Notes: generated by a model not told the origin, from the sequence alone. Positions 14,333 to 35,582 are shown, counted from the first letter of the stretch. The stretch is 64,000 nucleotides of DNA from the human T2T-CHM13v2.0 reference genome, Homo sapiens (GCF_009914755.1 NC_060928.1), one strand, 5' to 3'. Numbers and translations are program-made.

Positions 14333-14510
14333 CAGTGTTTCCCAGAATGATCAGCAGAACCTGCTTTAGAATCGGCTTAAATATTACCAAAAACTTCAGA
14401 TTCCTTGGGCCTCTCCCTGAGACCTACTAAATCAGAGTCTACGGGGTTGCAGTCCAGGACTCTGCTTTCCTATAAGGTGCTTCATTGATTCTAATGCACG
14501 TATGAAGGTT
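14333..14510. mobile_element. MER5A-like hAT-Charlie fragment
   Basis: cagattccttgggcctctccctgagacctactaaatcagagtct...gattctaatgcac. Confidence 0.65.
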
Positions 14511-14708
14511 TAAGCTTTTAGGTAAGACCCAGTACTAATGTTTTTCAACTGATTAAAAACAGCAAGAATTAAATCCGCTTCCAAAGGGTAAACCCTGCAA
14601 ACACAACACTATAAAGTCAGCGGAGGTCAAAAAATACATCTCAGAAATGGGGGCGAAAACAAGTATGACAAAATCACTTAAAGACTGAAATATTAATTAA
14701 AAACTTCA

Positions 14709-15026
<318 letters not shown>

Positions 15027-15424
15027 TCAATTTTAAAATTACAGAATCTGTTTTTAAATGTATTTCAAAGTAGTTGGGAACTAGAATTCGACTAATTTGC
15101 AGAGGGCTCTTGTAATGATGAGATGAATGCCATATTATCACACCTGTTAAGGAATCACTGAGGGCCAACTATGTACAAGATGCCAAGATGCCACCTAAAG
15201 TCTCAGCAAAGGATGAGAAGACACCATCCAAAGGCACTGCCCAAGTCCTGAAGGAGCTTAGTGTATGCAGGGAGGAAGCTTAAACAATCAGCTTCGACGC
15301 AAGAAAAACTGAGCCATGCTGCATATCATTTTTAAACACAACTGGAATATTTTATAACTTGTTTTTTTCATCTAATAATATACAGTAGATGCTCTGTGTC
15401 TGTACATATAACTCTACATCAATC

Positions 15425-15750
15425 TTTTTTTCTTTTTTTTTAAGAGACAGGGTCTCACTCTGTTGCCCAGGCTGGAGTACAGTGGCACAATCATGGCTTG
15501 CTGGAACCTCGAACTCCTGGGCTTAAGTCATGGAGTTCAAGCTACCACTTTATCCTCCCATGTAGCTGGGACTACAGGTGCATGCCACCCTACTCAGCTA
15601 ATTTTTTATTTTTTTTTATTTATTTATTTTTTTAAGTAGAGACAGGGTCACTATGTTGCCCAGGCTGATCTCAAACTTCTGGCTTCAAGCAGTCCTCCAG
15701 CCTCAGCCTCCCGAACTGCTGGGATTACAGGTATGAGCTATCACACCCAG
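15425..15750 (-). mobile_element. AluJ
   Basis: gagacagggtctcactctgttgcccagg...; flanking repeat ctac(a/t)tcaatctttt. Confidence 0.9.
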
Positions 15751-16081
15751 CATCTACTTCAATCTTTGGCATTTGCAGGCCATTATGAAATGCATAAGGC
15801 ACAATTCATTTACTTAATCTCCCATTGATAGATGTATTTAAAGATGCTTCCAGGTACTTGCTACTATGTAAATAATGCTAAAGTGAACAACTTTGGACAT
15901 TATCTTTGCATTTATGCATGATATTTATTAATTGGAATAATTTGGTCAAAGAGTACATATTTAAGTTTTTACAGTTCCAGATTGCCACCACAAAGGTCTA
16001 GACCATTGTAGCCTCCTGCTTTGGTGTGGGATAATGTCCATCTCCCTGCACCCTCTTGATTTTTGTTTGGTTGGTTGGTCG

Positions 16082-16700
<619 letters not shown>

Positions 16701-16716
16701 CCTGCACCCTTTTAAC

Positions 16717-17115
<399 letters not shown>

Positions 17116-18394
17116 GTGTTAACATTCATCTTTGTCACCAGAGAAGCAAAAAGTGATCTCAGTTTGGATTTATTTCATTATTAGTAAAGTTGGGCATTTT
17201 TTATGTTTATTGACTACTACATCTTCCATGAGTTGCATATTATAACCCCCAATTTGAGAAGGGGGCTTAATAACTAAAACCTTAATTTTTTAATATCAAT
17301 AGTGAGAAGCTTTCTATGTATGTGGGTCAATTCAGGAAAAATAATGTTTCTAGGTGTGTTTCTCCATTCAAAATAGAAATCACTTTTTTTAACTAGCATA
17401 GACAGAAATGTATATTCCTGCAAATTATATTATCTTCTTTGTTGAATAATACCAGTGAGAAATTTTGCATTCCTTACAGTTTTGAATCTTCTGACATTAG
17501 ATTTAGATCTGAAGTCTGAAGGTTGTTCTTTACTGGGTTATATTCTCACAGCAATTTCAACATACTTATATATTTAGCAACAATGGGTTTCCCAAGTGAC
17601 AGCAACTGAACACTTGTGATTTACCAGCCTTTGAGATGGTAGAATCAGAGCACCTTATTCCAAGTAAAATGTAACTGACATCAAAAGTTATTCTGTACCT
17701 GGAAAAACAAGGATTCAACTGGAAATTATTTAAATGCAATTCAGCAGTTCCCTACTAGTCTCAACACACTTCTGATTTAATGTCTACACTAAGCTACAGG
17801 CAGAATAACTTATTACTCTGAATAGTACCATCTCTTTCTAATAAGGAAAATGGAACAAGTTAGATATTGCCTCTCTACTGGCTTGTGAGCTAGACAGAGT
17901 TCAGCTAACTGGCCTTCAGTAAGCCTCCACTTGAATATCAAATGGACAATACTGCTATTACCTTATAGGTTATGTCTAACCTGGCCTCTATGAGCTTCAA
18001 GAGAATCAAGAAATATCAAAAACATTAATTTTAACACTTTTATTGGCTACATGTTTAAATAGGGCTGATCCGATATAGTAATTTAACACCTAACCTATTT
18101 TGTACTTACTTAGGGCAAAGGAACAGTATCCCTACGAAGTAGTAGTAGTATTATTATCCCCACTTAACAGATGGAGAAGCTGGGGCATCAGAGGCTAAGT
18201 AATTTGCCCAAAGCTAGATAGCTAAAAAGTGACAGCCAAGATCTTGAGCGCAAGAAGTCTGATTCCAGAACCTCTATGGTGGAACCACTACAGTATCCTA
18301 TGTCCTGTTACTTACAGAAAATAGGTACTGTTTTAACTTAAGCTATTTAATGTTAGTAGAACTCAAGGTCTCAAGGCACAAATTAAGAAAAATC

Positions 18395-18758
<364 letters not shown>

Positions 18759-20019
18759 CTAATTATAGGTAAAAATGTCTCCGAAAGCCTTTCATTTTCC
18801 GCTTCCCTCAAGCCCCCTTGGGTCTGTCTTTAGGCCCTCCAAAGTCTCTAGCCTCCAACACTGCTCAATTTCTGCAGTGAAAAGAGCAGATGTCAAACAG
18901 GTGATAGGGATAAAGAGGAAGAACAGATAAGCTCTCCTTCAGTGGGTCAACTCCTGGTCAACAATAGGAAGGGGCCCTGGGGCAGGCCCCTGCCCAGGGA
19001 GATATGTGTTAGGAGGAGATGGCTTGCTTTGGTGGCAACTCAAAGCAAAACAAATCAAAAATTCCTGGTCACCCATGTTGTCTAAACTCTGGGAATACTA
19101 ATAAATATGTTTTAGTATCTCCTGTGCACAGAACAAGGCCATGGAAGAATAACTTAGAAAAAACATCATAGTTGATGACAGTAAAGCATGTTTTTAGGTC
19201 CACTCAAAAACTCCCAGATCATGGCCATAAATGTACTGGAGCCACTCCCAACAACTGAGGACAAATAGGGCATATAGCTTTTTAACTGTGTCTACCATTT
19301 TCACTCCTTATGGCTCAGTCAATGTGGGAGAGTAAAAGCTGGTTCTTCCTCAGTCATTTGTGAGTAAGACAAAATCTCAACAGTCAGGGAACCACAGAAC
19401 CTAAAAATCACTAACTTCAATAAAAAACAAGGTATGAACAAGTGTAGTATCTATACTCTCATTTGTAGAAGGGCAAAAGGAGGGGCTTTATATACACAGA
19501 TATATTGCATAAGCATGTATATGCACAGCATAATCCTGAAAGGACATAGTGAACACTGATCACACTGGTGTCCTCTTGAGAAAAGGTTTAAGAGGTGATA
19601 CACGCAAAGGGATTAGCAGGATAAAAATGGAGCAAAGATTTATTTTTGGGATTTATTTTTCACCCTGCAGACTTTTAGGCTGTTTAAATATTTTATCCTA
19701 TGCATTTCTTATATTTCAGTTCTTTTTTAAAAATTCCATTTCAAACACTTGTAATATCCAATACACTGGAGACAGTAAAGGAATGAGCTATAAGGAAGCC
19801 CAGGTCCTGGCTCCGTAATGAACTCTCGGCATGATCTTGAACAACACATGTAACAACACACACTAAACAAGGGGACTGGGAGGTGCAGGGGAGAAAAGTC
19901 TGGTATAAGCACTAGGATAGAAGCTCTGTAAGAGTATGGTCTTCATTGTCTGTCTGACACACTGCCACATCCCTAAACACAGCAAACTGCCTGGCACATA
20001 GTAGGGTCTCAAGTAATGC

Positions 20020-20322
<303 letters not shown>

Positions 20323-21624
20323 AAGAAATACTTTTTAAAGATATAATTGTACCTCCATTGATCTGAACTAGCAATCACAGCTGCTCTGGAGTCTGCAAGT
20401 CTATGACCTTCATCTACCTGGAAGAAAACTGAATGGCTCACACACCTGGACCTGATCCAGACAGAGCCTTAAAATCCATCAGCTGCTCATCAGATGATCC
20501 CATCGGATGCCAAGGAGGCCATCCAAAGGCTGGAATGATCAGTTCTGTGAGCTATTGAGCTATGTGAAGAAACGGCGGTTGATTTGCTTTCTTGCCAAGA
20601 AAAGCAAAGCTCCCTCACACTCCACGGCCACTGAGCATGTAAGCTCCCAAGTATAAATTTCTTCCCATCCAAGCCCTCTCACTACCTAGCCCTGAGATAT
20701 GGGGAACATTAATCCCTCTAAGCCTGGCTCTTCATCTGTAAAATAGGATATTATTACCTACAACTCCTAAAATTGCTTCTAAAGTCCCATCCTTCACTCA
20801 GCTTTTCTCTTCATCTGGCCGGTTCTACCTACCTAGGCTTCACAGAGCAGGGCCTGGGCAGATGCTCACCTCCCTCCACCTCCACATTTCAGATGGACTC
20901 AGTGGGCTCAGTCTCCCACACAGGAGTACGGCAGGCATCACGGCACTACTTTTACCTTTGAGAAATGTGTTTAGCAACTGAAAACCAAGCCAGGTGGCCT
21001 AATCCATGCCTACTTTAGGTGCAGTTTCTTTTTATATTCTGTTGCCCCGTAAGACCAGTGAATCAAGTTAAAGGGTTCCCATCAAATCTGAGATCCTTTT
21101 GCTTTTTAAAAAAGATGCATTTTTTCCTGAAAAAATTACAGCTAGAGAGAAAAAAATAAACTAACTAGTAGTACCTGCAGTTTCTCATCATTAACTGCTT
21201 CCTGGAGAGTTAATAAAAGAAAAGCAATTGAGAGGACTGCAAATCAAGCAGTACGACTTCCGAGGGGGTCCCCAAGGAGCTTCTACTATAATTCCTGCCA
21301 CAGAGTCCAAAAAAAGGAGCCAAGGAGCCTTTCCTCACTGTTAGAGGAGAACATGAAGGCGGCCGAAGGTCAGAAGAGCCACCTTGTGACCAGCCACAGA
21401 TGCTCAGGAGGGAGTTTGAGCCATGAAAGAGTCTTGACAAAGAGGAGACTTTTATTCCAAAGCAGAACACCGGCACAGCAGTCACGCTTAGGCCGAAAAC
21501 GTCTCTGTCCAGCATTTCAATTTATCCCACCCTCTGATTTTTATAATAAAAAGAACTTGTCAGCAAAACTTTTCCATCTCCTTGTTAGTAATTTTAATTC
21601 CACCTCTTGGAAGAAGGAAATGGT

Positions 21625-21947
<323 letters not shown>

Positions 21948-22469
21948 GGAATGGTTATTTCTAAGGCCTCCTTAATGCAAACAAGAAAATGGCCCAAATT
22001 CCTAAGGGACTTGACAAATACTATCTATTTCTGAGATGTCCTGAGAGTCCAAAGCTGTAATGTTCTTAAGATGTAAAAAGGAATTCACAGTACCAAAAGC
22101 TGATGCTTCAGAAATGACCTAATAAATAATTAAGACCACCAGCCATGACAATTGTTAACAGCAGTGAATGTTTAGCAGATACTCTGTGCCAAGGATTGAC
22201 TTATGAACTACACATATATCGTATCATGTATGTCCAGCAACGATCTCATTTTAAAGATGAAATAACCGGGGCTTGAAAACATTAAGTAACTTGCCCAAAA
22301 CCATTGGTAGTTAAGTGGCACAATTAAAAGTAAGGAGTTTAAAACCCAGCTTTTAATCACTGAAATAAATTACTAAAATAAAAATCAATACAATAGTCTG
22401 AATAAAACAAAAATAAAAACAGATGTCTAATATTATGAATTTTTGTTTTGATAAAAGAAATGCTACTGT

Positions 22470-24410
<1,941 letters not shown>

Positions 24411-27400
24411 AAGTATGGTTATGTAAACTTACTAAATCAATGTTTCCAACAGGACACTATCAGCGAATGGAACAAAAGAGGGCAGACTTCAGAAACATGC
24501 GACACAGAATGCTTAGGACAGGATCATTTTTAAAAAGCCAAAGACCAGTGACAATGAAGACAAGGCAGTGGCATTTGGAGGCTGAAAGCAATTCAATTTA
24601 TTTAACTTTGAAGAACAAAAGCTTATTCTTCTCAGGAGAAACCAAAACACATTTTCTGCAGAAAAAAGACCATTTTAACCGCATTGCCAAAATAAATCAG
24701 GCAGAGGGCAAGAGGGCAAGTTAGATGTAGCCACAAACAAGAACTCAGACCAACAAAGCAGGGTTAGACGAATGGGGAGGCCATGCCCAACATCAGATTT
24801 GGGGTTTTAAAGGGAGAAGGAACCAGAAGGGAGAGAGAGAAATCCTGCCACAGTCTTGATAACATTCTATTTAGAATATAAGTTTAGTTTCTGGTAACAA
24901 ACACCTTAAACAAAAGAAATAAAAAAAGAAACCTAACCAATAAGTGGATATGCATTTGTATTTGAATATTTGAGTCTGTTCTACAATAAAACAAAACATT
25001 GCAGTAAAATTGTTTGGCTAAAAATCCAAATTTGAGCAAAAACCTCTTTCAGGAAAAAATACAACTCTAAAGACTGTATCAGATTGTAGAAGAGACACAT
25101 AGCACTCCTCTCCTGCTTCACTAGCTGCATTCCAGTGCAGATCTTCTGGCTTCGTCTAGAACCAGAGAGTCTGGCCCAGAAGTAAAATTTTCAGAATTTT
25201 TCTAGTTGGAAAATCAAGTCATGTTAAATGTCCCAAACATACTTTTTTTGGGGGGATGAGATTTGAAAAGAAAAAAAACTGCAAGAAAAATTTTAATGAA
25301 TACATAATTTTTAAAACACCAATGAATATTCCCTTCCTTCCTTTTTCAGGGCCTATACTTCATTGGGGTAATCAGATAGGGCCACCCAGCAGGTCTCAAT
25401 CTGAGCAGGCTCTACTCATGGGACCTGCTCGTCTTGGACCCAGTTGAATGAAGTCTGTGACACCTGAAGCAAGGCTGCCCAGGTTCAAGTCTAACTCTAT
25501 CACATTCTTGCTGGTATCTCTAAACAAGTTGTTTAAACTCTCTGTGCTTAAGACCTTCATCTGCAAAATGGGGTACTAGCACCTATAGACTGCCGTGGCG
25601 AGGATTACAGAAATTAGCTAATACACGGAATGTGCCTTTCAAAGCATGCCCAAGTACAGAATACCCAAAAAACTGTAGGTATTATAATTAATTTACTCCA
25701 TGGATCATGGACATCCATGATACTATTCTACTTTTGAGTTTAAAATTTTTCATAACGAAGAATTAATTTTTAATTTGAAAATCAATTACAACAAGTTGGA
25801 GGCTCGGAAAACACGTCACCCTTTGAAGGCCACTCGTGCTCATTGTGATTTGAGCAGCACAACACAATATGACTACCTTCTACTGAGAACCAACTACATT
25901 CCAGACTTTCTCTTGGCTCTTGGATTAAAACAATGAATTTAATACCTTATTTCACGTTCAAGGAAACCAGGGGTAGGGCAGTTAAGTACAATGTCCAAAT
26001 TGTGAAGCTCAGATTTGCACCCATGTCTTCTGATCAAATCCAATCCTCGTTTATATAATCCTGTTGAATAACAGTGTGCTGTGCAGAGAATATCTCATTG
26101 TAAATCAGTTAAATGTGGTCAGGACTTCAGATGCTTGGACCAAATTTCTATAATCAGAATCAGACAGATTCGGGCCAAAAAAACCAGCTGAGCAATCCTA
26201 ATTCCTTCTAACCTTCCCAGATCTAGAGTACCGCTCTCTGGGCAGTGGTGGCCAAAATCAGCCATGGCACTAGTTAGCCAAGCTCTAATCAGAGGTGAGT
26301 CTGACAAGAGGATCATCTTGCAGTTCCTAATCGAGGGCAAGCCAGGTCTTCTGGTGCAATCGGCTCCATCTCTCAACTCACTGCCCAGTTGATGACTCAT
26401 ACTCAGCCTGTCCTTATGACCCATACTTTCTTTGCAGCTAAGCTGGCTGGGCCTTCCTCACCTAAGACTTGAATAGCCAGATGCTTCTCTTCCCAGATAG
26501 CCAAGTCCTTCACTGACCTTAATCAGAATGCTCCTCTTTCCAGCTATATGACCTTCAACATGTAACTCACCTTTCCCATTCATCAGTTTCCTCATCTGTA
26601 AAACTATGATCATAGTACTAACCCCATTTGGAGAGGTTTATAATGATGACATGTGAGAAACACATCAGTACCATGCCTAGAAGACTAGAATATTGAATTA
26701 ACGTTAGCTGCTGTTATTACCCATCTTCATCATCCTCTTCTTAAATTCCTCTTGACTCCCTTCCCTAAGGTCACCAGTAACTGGCTGAGAAGCCAATGGT
26801 AGACTTTTCTGTACTGTTTCTCTCTTTAAGAAGGCTCCTATTCTGCTCCTAAACTCAGGAAGAGACGCCAGATCTCCCCACAGGCAAAACCGCGAGGGCT
26901 AACTAACACTAGAAAATGATCAGAGTCCCTATGTCTCAGAAAATTTAGGTGCACAGAGTTGTTCCAGATTGCTTCCAGAGCACCTTCAACCCTCTGAGCC
27001 CGGCAGATTATCAGAGAAGCTTCACCCAAAAGCCACATCTCTCCTCCACTCAGCCACACCGACCAAAAATGAATGAATCACATGGTAATAATCAGTAGCA
27101 TGGACGGAGCATTTCCCACGTGCCAGGCCCTGCCTTCACACGTGCAACTTCATGGAAATCTCACTCCCGCCCCTGAGGCAAAGAGCACCACTTCCAATTT
27201 CCAGTGAGGCATAGAAAGCTCAAGTATCTTGCCCAGGTCCCAGGGTTAGTGAGTGGCACACTGGAGCTTGAACCTGGCAGTCTGACTCCAGGGTTCATGT
27301 CAGTTTTGCTGTGTCCCTGCCTGACCTCTCCCCCATTGCCCGCCCTCCCTTCCCTATGTAAGTGTAAACTCTTCTGCCTTCATGTTCAGGCTCTGATGGT

Positions 27401-27523
27401 TCCATGGAGCACTTAGGGCATGATCCCTCCCAAATCGTCACCGTTGCTCTTTTACAAGGGATAAGAAACATGGAAAGGATAAATACCACTCAAGCCGGAA
27501 CAGAAATAAAGGAGTTAAGATGA

Positions 27524-27893
<370 letters not shown>

Positions 27894-28606
27894 GCGTGTT
27901 GTTTTTTTTTTAAGCAGTGTCTTGCAAAATTAAAATTGCCAAATCAAGAAATAAATCACTGTGGCTTTTCAATTGCCTCAAAATATTTGGTGGGAAGAGA
28001 AATATTCGTATTGAGGTTTCAGAACTGTGACACAAAGAAAACTGGTTTCCAACAGAATAAAAGGAAAAAGCATTGGTTTGTTTGCTCCAGACTTTTTCAA
28101 GTCACAGTTTACCTAAAAATGGTGACAAGATTACAAGTCATTTGGCCTGCATGGTTGTTTAAAAAAAAAAAAGTAAGCTGCCAATATCGAAAATCAGTGA
28201 TTTTACATTTTAGAAGTCTGGATTTTGTCTTTTTTTGCGTAAGAAGATGCAGCAACACTAGGTGCTTTCTGCCTCGTGGTAATGCAAGCCCTATATGGTG
28301 GGTGATGTGAATTCTAGTTTGCCACAATCCCCACCATGCCACATTGCCTCACAAGTAATCCTCTATCCTCATTATCACACAGGCCAAGCCCCTGGAGGCA
28401 CTAAGTTTGTGACTTCTTTACAAGAAGCTCTAGGCAGACAAGTAATCATGTTCAGTCCCCCTCAGTCTTCCTGGGTCAAGGAAAGCTCTCCCACTTCCCT
28501 GTCAAATACCATTCCTATGCTGCCACAGCACCTGGGAGGCTCCAAGTACCTTCTCCTCACCCTGCACCACTCTGCCCCCAATGTCACCAAAACCACGGCT
28601 CACCTG

Positions 28607-28742
28607 CTACTCTGTGCCACTGCGTTCTCTCTTCACAGGTGTTGCCGGCACCTCCCCATTGACGGTTTCAGCCCCACTAACAGACATCAGGCTTCTCCGT
28701 TCCTTCTGGTTTGACTTGTGCTCCACTTTTGTAACTCTAAAT
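28607..28742 (-). CDS. RELL1: RELL1 coding part of exon 6 (exon 28604-28742, 139 nt), ending at the TAG stop
   Basis: Translates (R)FRVTKVEHKSNQKERRSLMSVSGAETVNGEVPATPVKRERSGTE*. Acceptor attcccccctcag|A. Stop TAG at 28609-28607 is followed by CAG|gtgagc donor. Confidence 0.97.
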
Positions 28743-29012
28743 CTGAGGGGGGAATGGGGAGAGGTGATGGGGTTTGCTTTTCTAATAAACAAGAATTATG
28801 AATAAAGCAAAAATCATCCACCCAGAGGATCTCAAATGAACTCAGCCAAAAGTTAGGACACAAATGAAAAACAACATATTCGAACATGCATTCCTATCCA
28901 GTACATTCCCCTGGCCCCTGCCCAACCTTCCAGCTGATTTCTACTCAGCCACATCACAGACTAAGCCGGATATTTTACAGAGCATGCAAAAGGCATTTAA
29001 AAACTCAGGTAT

Positions 29013-29692
<680 letters not shown>

Positions 29693-30336
29693 TACATCAG
29701 TTTTTTTAACCACAGAAACCTGGTTAAATGCTCAACTGGTTTACAAATTAGACTGACGTAACCAGAATGTTTACCAGAAGATGACGAACTTCTGAAAATA
29801 TGCAACTGTCAGGCAGTCCTATCTCAACACACACACGCACACACATGCTCTCACACATATGCAGAAAATCTGAAGAGCCCTAGAAACACATTTTATCAGC
29901 ATTAGGGTTTGAGAGTAAGCCTTTAAAAAAAATGGGTTAATTTTCATTATAGATTAAGGAAAAACTAAAGGAAGTTAAGGAAGAGATTTTCATTAAGAAT
30001 TAAGAGTTAAATAAATGTATTCAGTTTAACTGTTTTTTCTAGTATATCATCACCAAATCCTAGAGTCTTTCATAACAGCTTCTTTCTAGTTCTGGTCTTA
30101 ATTTCCCTTAAAAATTATCTGAAATAAATTCTCCTTCTGTGTCCAAAATAAGATCACCAACCCTGAAGAGAAGGCTCTGAAGAAGTGAAAGAAATAACAG
30201 GGAAACTGTAAACACAAATCTATTCTGTCAAACTGTAAGACTCTCTTAAGTAATACATGCTGAAAAACAGCCTGGAATCATTAAGCGCTCCTAGTATCCA
30301 ATATCCAAGGAAGAGAGTTGGATTTGGGGCATTTTA

Positions 30337-30750
<414 letters not shown>

Positions 30751-32105
30751 TCACTGCTTTGCATTCATAAATTCCCATGACTCTGCTTCTTAATAAAACA
30801 GTGTGGTCATGAATTGTGCTGTTTTGCTGTAAGTGGCAAACAGCCCTGCAAGTCTTCTCCATGATGCTTGTGCAACACATGATGAAACTCAACTGAATTA
30901 AAATAAAAATAATACCAGCCAACATTTCTTGAGTGCGTAAGTACCCAAAGCTGGTTTAAGACCTTTATGTGAGTCACCTCACCTAGTCTACACACAGCAA
31001 CTCTATGAGGTGAGTGTGACTGTCCTTCTCACTTTACAGAGGGGGAAACTGAGGCATGGAGCAACGTAACAGTTTGTAAGTAGTGGTGCCAGGACTTGAA
31101 GGAGGTAGAAGTGACGAGTTCAGGTTACTCTTCCCAGGGGGGTTGTCAGTATACTGAGAGAGAAGGATCATGTAAGCAGCACTGTTGACTTTCGCTCAGT
31201 GCTCACCCGGTCTCACTCCAGCATGTGTGTTCCTTACCAGTACTCCCCACTGTCTTTCCAAATGCAACATCGGCAATGCAGTTCCTGCATGGGACTCAGC
31301 ATCTAACAGCAGAACTGCAAAAGCATCCCACTGCAAAGATGCTTCAGGTAAGGGCCAATGGATTCATCACTTGAACTGCAAGATCTCCACCTCACATATG
31401 GGTCACGAGTGAAAGGTACTAGGACCAAGAAAGCCAAGACACAGTGGAAAGCACCACCCACTAAAAGAAAGCAGTCAAAGCAATTCACATGGAACTTAAC
31501 AGACAGACACTGGAGGGCTGTGGACCAGATCCACGTCTTCTCCCTTCCCTTGCACATGGCTTGATGCTATTTCTCAGTTCCCTGAAAGTTAGCTTGGCTG
31601 GGTGATCAAGTTCCAGCCAGTGGAGTGTGAGTCAAAATGATACGAGCCACTCTCAGGCCTAGCTCTTTCAAAACCCCTCGTGAACAACCTTCCACAGACC
31701 TGCTCCTTTGGCTGGCAAACCTGGCAGAGCCACAAACGAAGGGGGCCTGGAACCCTGGACAAGTACTTGAAGAGCCACCCATTGATATCTCAATACCTGC
31801 CCTGGATTCCATAAGTGAAATATAAATGTCTATTCTGTATACAGTTGAAAATCTGGGCTTTATCTGTTAGAGCAGGTAGGTATTTATCTTAATACATTTA
31901 CCATCTGATCTAGCAACAGCCACCTTTTAGGATTCTTCTGTTGTTGGAAAAATCTAGGACTCACACCAGAAAACATCTAAAAAGCCCAGAGATATAACCT
32001 GAGACAGGCACAGAGAACATATTCTACATCTGACAGGTAAGCAGAAGTCCACACACCAGAGCACCCATGTCACACACAAACCAAAAGCATCTGAAGGGAT
32101 CTTAC

Positions 32106-32342
32106 CTGCCAACAGAAAGGACCGTGACCTCGCCTTGGCGCCGTGGTCTGCTCTCTCTGGACTTGTTAGTGGGCTTTATAAAGTGCCACCGCTTGTGCCT
32201 ACACCGATGACACACATCCCTCTCGACAACACCGCCCACCGTATGCAGATGATGGCCACAGACGTGCTTCCCTGGCGTCCCCCCTGGTGACAAAGGCCCA
32301 GGACTCACTGGCGGGCTCCCTGGTGTGCTGGGGGTCACGGGG
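32106..32342 (-). CDS. RELL1: RELL1 coding exon 5 (237 nt, phase 2-2): SP/TP-rich and Cys/His-rich cytoplasmic region
   Basis: Translates (S)PVTPSTPGSPPVSPGPLSPGGTPGKHVCGHHLHTVGGVVERDVCHRCRHKRWHFIKPTNKSRESRPRRQGEVTVLSVG(R). Acceptor cctccccacattag|C, donor GCAG|gtaaga. Confidence 0.97.
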
Positions 32343-32562
32343 CTAATGTGGGGAGGAAAACAAAAAGAGCAACTGGTTAAAGGAAATATCAGCGAAGGTG
32401 ATCTCTCTCCCTGTGATGACAGAAGCAGTTTAAATTGAAAGAAAAAAAAAAGCGTCTTCCAATTGTACAAATGGACTTTGTGAACAGACCTCAGACAGCA
32501 GGTACTCAGTTCTCATGACCATGCGATGACAGTTTATCTTAAGCAATAATAATATGATTCAC

Positions 32563-32858
<296 letters not shown>

Positions 32859-33532
32859 TGTGATTTATCACTTCTAGAATGGAATTTATTAGCTGGGAAT
32901 AAACCACTGCTTCTAATAGTGATACACTGGCTTTAAAGTATTATGTTTCTTTCTAAAACACTGATCTCCTTTCTCATGCAATTATCCTAATTTCTCACAT
33001 ACCAGAGTGTCTGCCTATCACTCTAAGCAAAGAGATTCTCTAAGTATATATGCCCTGGAAAAGGGAAGAACCCAAATTCCATCAAATTATCAGATAACTT
33101 AGAGAAAACATTTGATCAAATCTCCATTATATCAAAGGAGGAAAGCCTTTAGGCAAAGATATCAAAAGTGATGTTCAAAACAGATGTTGATGGTGTTGAT
33201 AACAGTCATAATTAAATAGCTAACAGTATTCTAAGCATCTTATATGTATATGTTAATGGAATTAATCCTTATAAAATCTTATGATGTAGGTATTATTAAT
33301 TTCTTCCTTTTAACAATGAGGATATTGAGGCAGGGAGAAGTGAGGTAACTTGCCCAAGATCACACTGCAAATAAGTGCTGGATCTGAGATCCAAACCTAG
33401 AAAGTTTAATTCCAGAAACCATGCAATTAATCACCTTGCTATACAGTATAGTGCTTCAGAAACAGCAGAGACCACTTTGATAATCTGGAATATATTTGGC
33501 TAGACCATCCAAAATATAAAAAGCAGAAATAT

Positions 33533-33909
<377 letters not shown>

Positions 33910-35352
33910 CTAACCTAACAGAGCCAAACTGAGCAGGAATCAGCCCTCTGGTGCAGGTGGGAGTACTGAGGGTGGCGTGGCACCCACAGCCTGACACCTG
34001 GACTGTGGCAAGAGCCCCAGAGACACACAGGAGGCTGTGATGGCAGAAACCAGCCTTTTCGGTGATGCAAACTGGCCACCTACACACTTAAAAAAGAAGT
34101 AGAGCCTACGGTTGAGGAGACCGCCTCAAACATGACTGAGCCAAAAGTCTTCTGGTGCTCTTTAGGGATGCCTTCCTACCTGTTAAAATAAAAACACAAA
34201 GCAGTACCTTCCTGGAGTAAAATAATGTTAAATTAGCACCACATATTAGAAAGCTGAATGCAAGAGTTTAACAACATTCATTCAACAAGCATTTCTCAAG
34301 TACCAGCTATGTACAAAACCCACTGACGGGCACTACAGGATGCCCAAAGATGACTGAGACAAAGACACCTTGAGCTAAGATGGTCAGAACACCAGCCGTC
34401 TGTGGCCAGGACTGGAATGTGGGAGAAATCAGAGCTCTTCTGTCTCTATGACTCTACGTCTCTCCTAAACTCAACTCCTTGCATTCTGAGTTACCTTTCT
34501 AAAACACACATCTAACGTAGCCAGTTTGACAAACACCTGTTAAACATCTAAGGTGTGCTGAGTGCACAACCCACATAGCAAGTGAAGAAAGATCCAGCCC
34601 CTTTGCCATGTCAGTTGGCCTGGCCACCCTGGACTGAACCCTTCACAGGTGAGTCCCAGGCTATCATGATGTGGTGACTTTTCTTCTGGCCCTTCTTCCT
34701 ACAGCCAGCCCTGACTCTTGTCTCCACCTCCTGCACGCCTGGTTCAGATGGCACCTCTTCCATGAACCTTCCTGAATGCCCATTGGCCCCCCGGGGTCCC
34801 CCAGAGCCTTCAGTCTCCACCCATCCTACAGCATTCACAGGCTCTCCACCATGAGGCCTCACACACACATCTCCAATCCTGTGTTCCTCCATGGCAAGGG
34901 TCTGTGGATGTCCAGCTCCAGAGCAGCACCCAGCACACAGTAGGCATCCAATAAATGCTCCTTGTTGAAGAAATAATACTTTTATGGAAATACAGTTCTC
35001 TGTAATTAATTATGAAGGAATATGCTGCTCAACAACCATAACCTAAAATAGTAATACAAAAACAGAACATAGCAGGTAGCTCCAAACCAGCTTGTTCATT
35101 TAATCATCATTGTTCATGGAGGTCTTTCAATGCTTAAGGTACTCTGTATTCCTTATAACAACCCTATAAAGCTGGTACTGTGGTGATCTCCATTTTATAG
35201 ATGATGGAACTCAGGGTGGTCAGTTAACTTCCTCAAGAACAGACAGTTAATATTGTGGTACAGGCAGGACTCAACCACATCTCCCAATTCCAAGGCTATG
35301 TTCTTGCCCTTAACCTCTATGCCTTCCTTCTTCCCATCACTATTCTCTAACA

Positions 35353-35582
35353 CAGCAGTTCTCAACCAGGAGTGACTGTCCCCACTACGGGACATTGACA
35401 ATGTGTGGAGACATTATGGGTTGTCACACCTTGGGAGGGTGGGGGCAGGGGATGCTCTGACACCTTGTGAGTGAAGGCCAGGGATGCTATCAAACATCCT
35501 CAATACACAGGACAGTTCCGCACAGCAAAGAACTACCTGGTCCCAAAATAACTATAGTGTTAAAGCTGGGAAACCTGCTCTA
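35353..35582. mobile_element. MER20 (hAT-Charlie)
   Basis: cagcagttctcaaccagg...ggttgtcaca...gaaggccagggatgctatcaaacatcctcaatacacaggacag...gaaacctgctctag. Confidence 0.8.
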
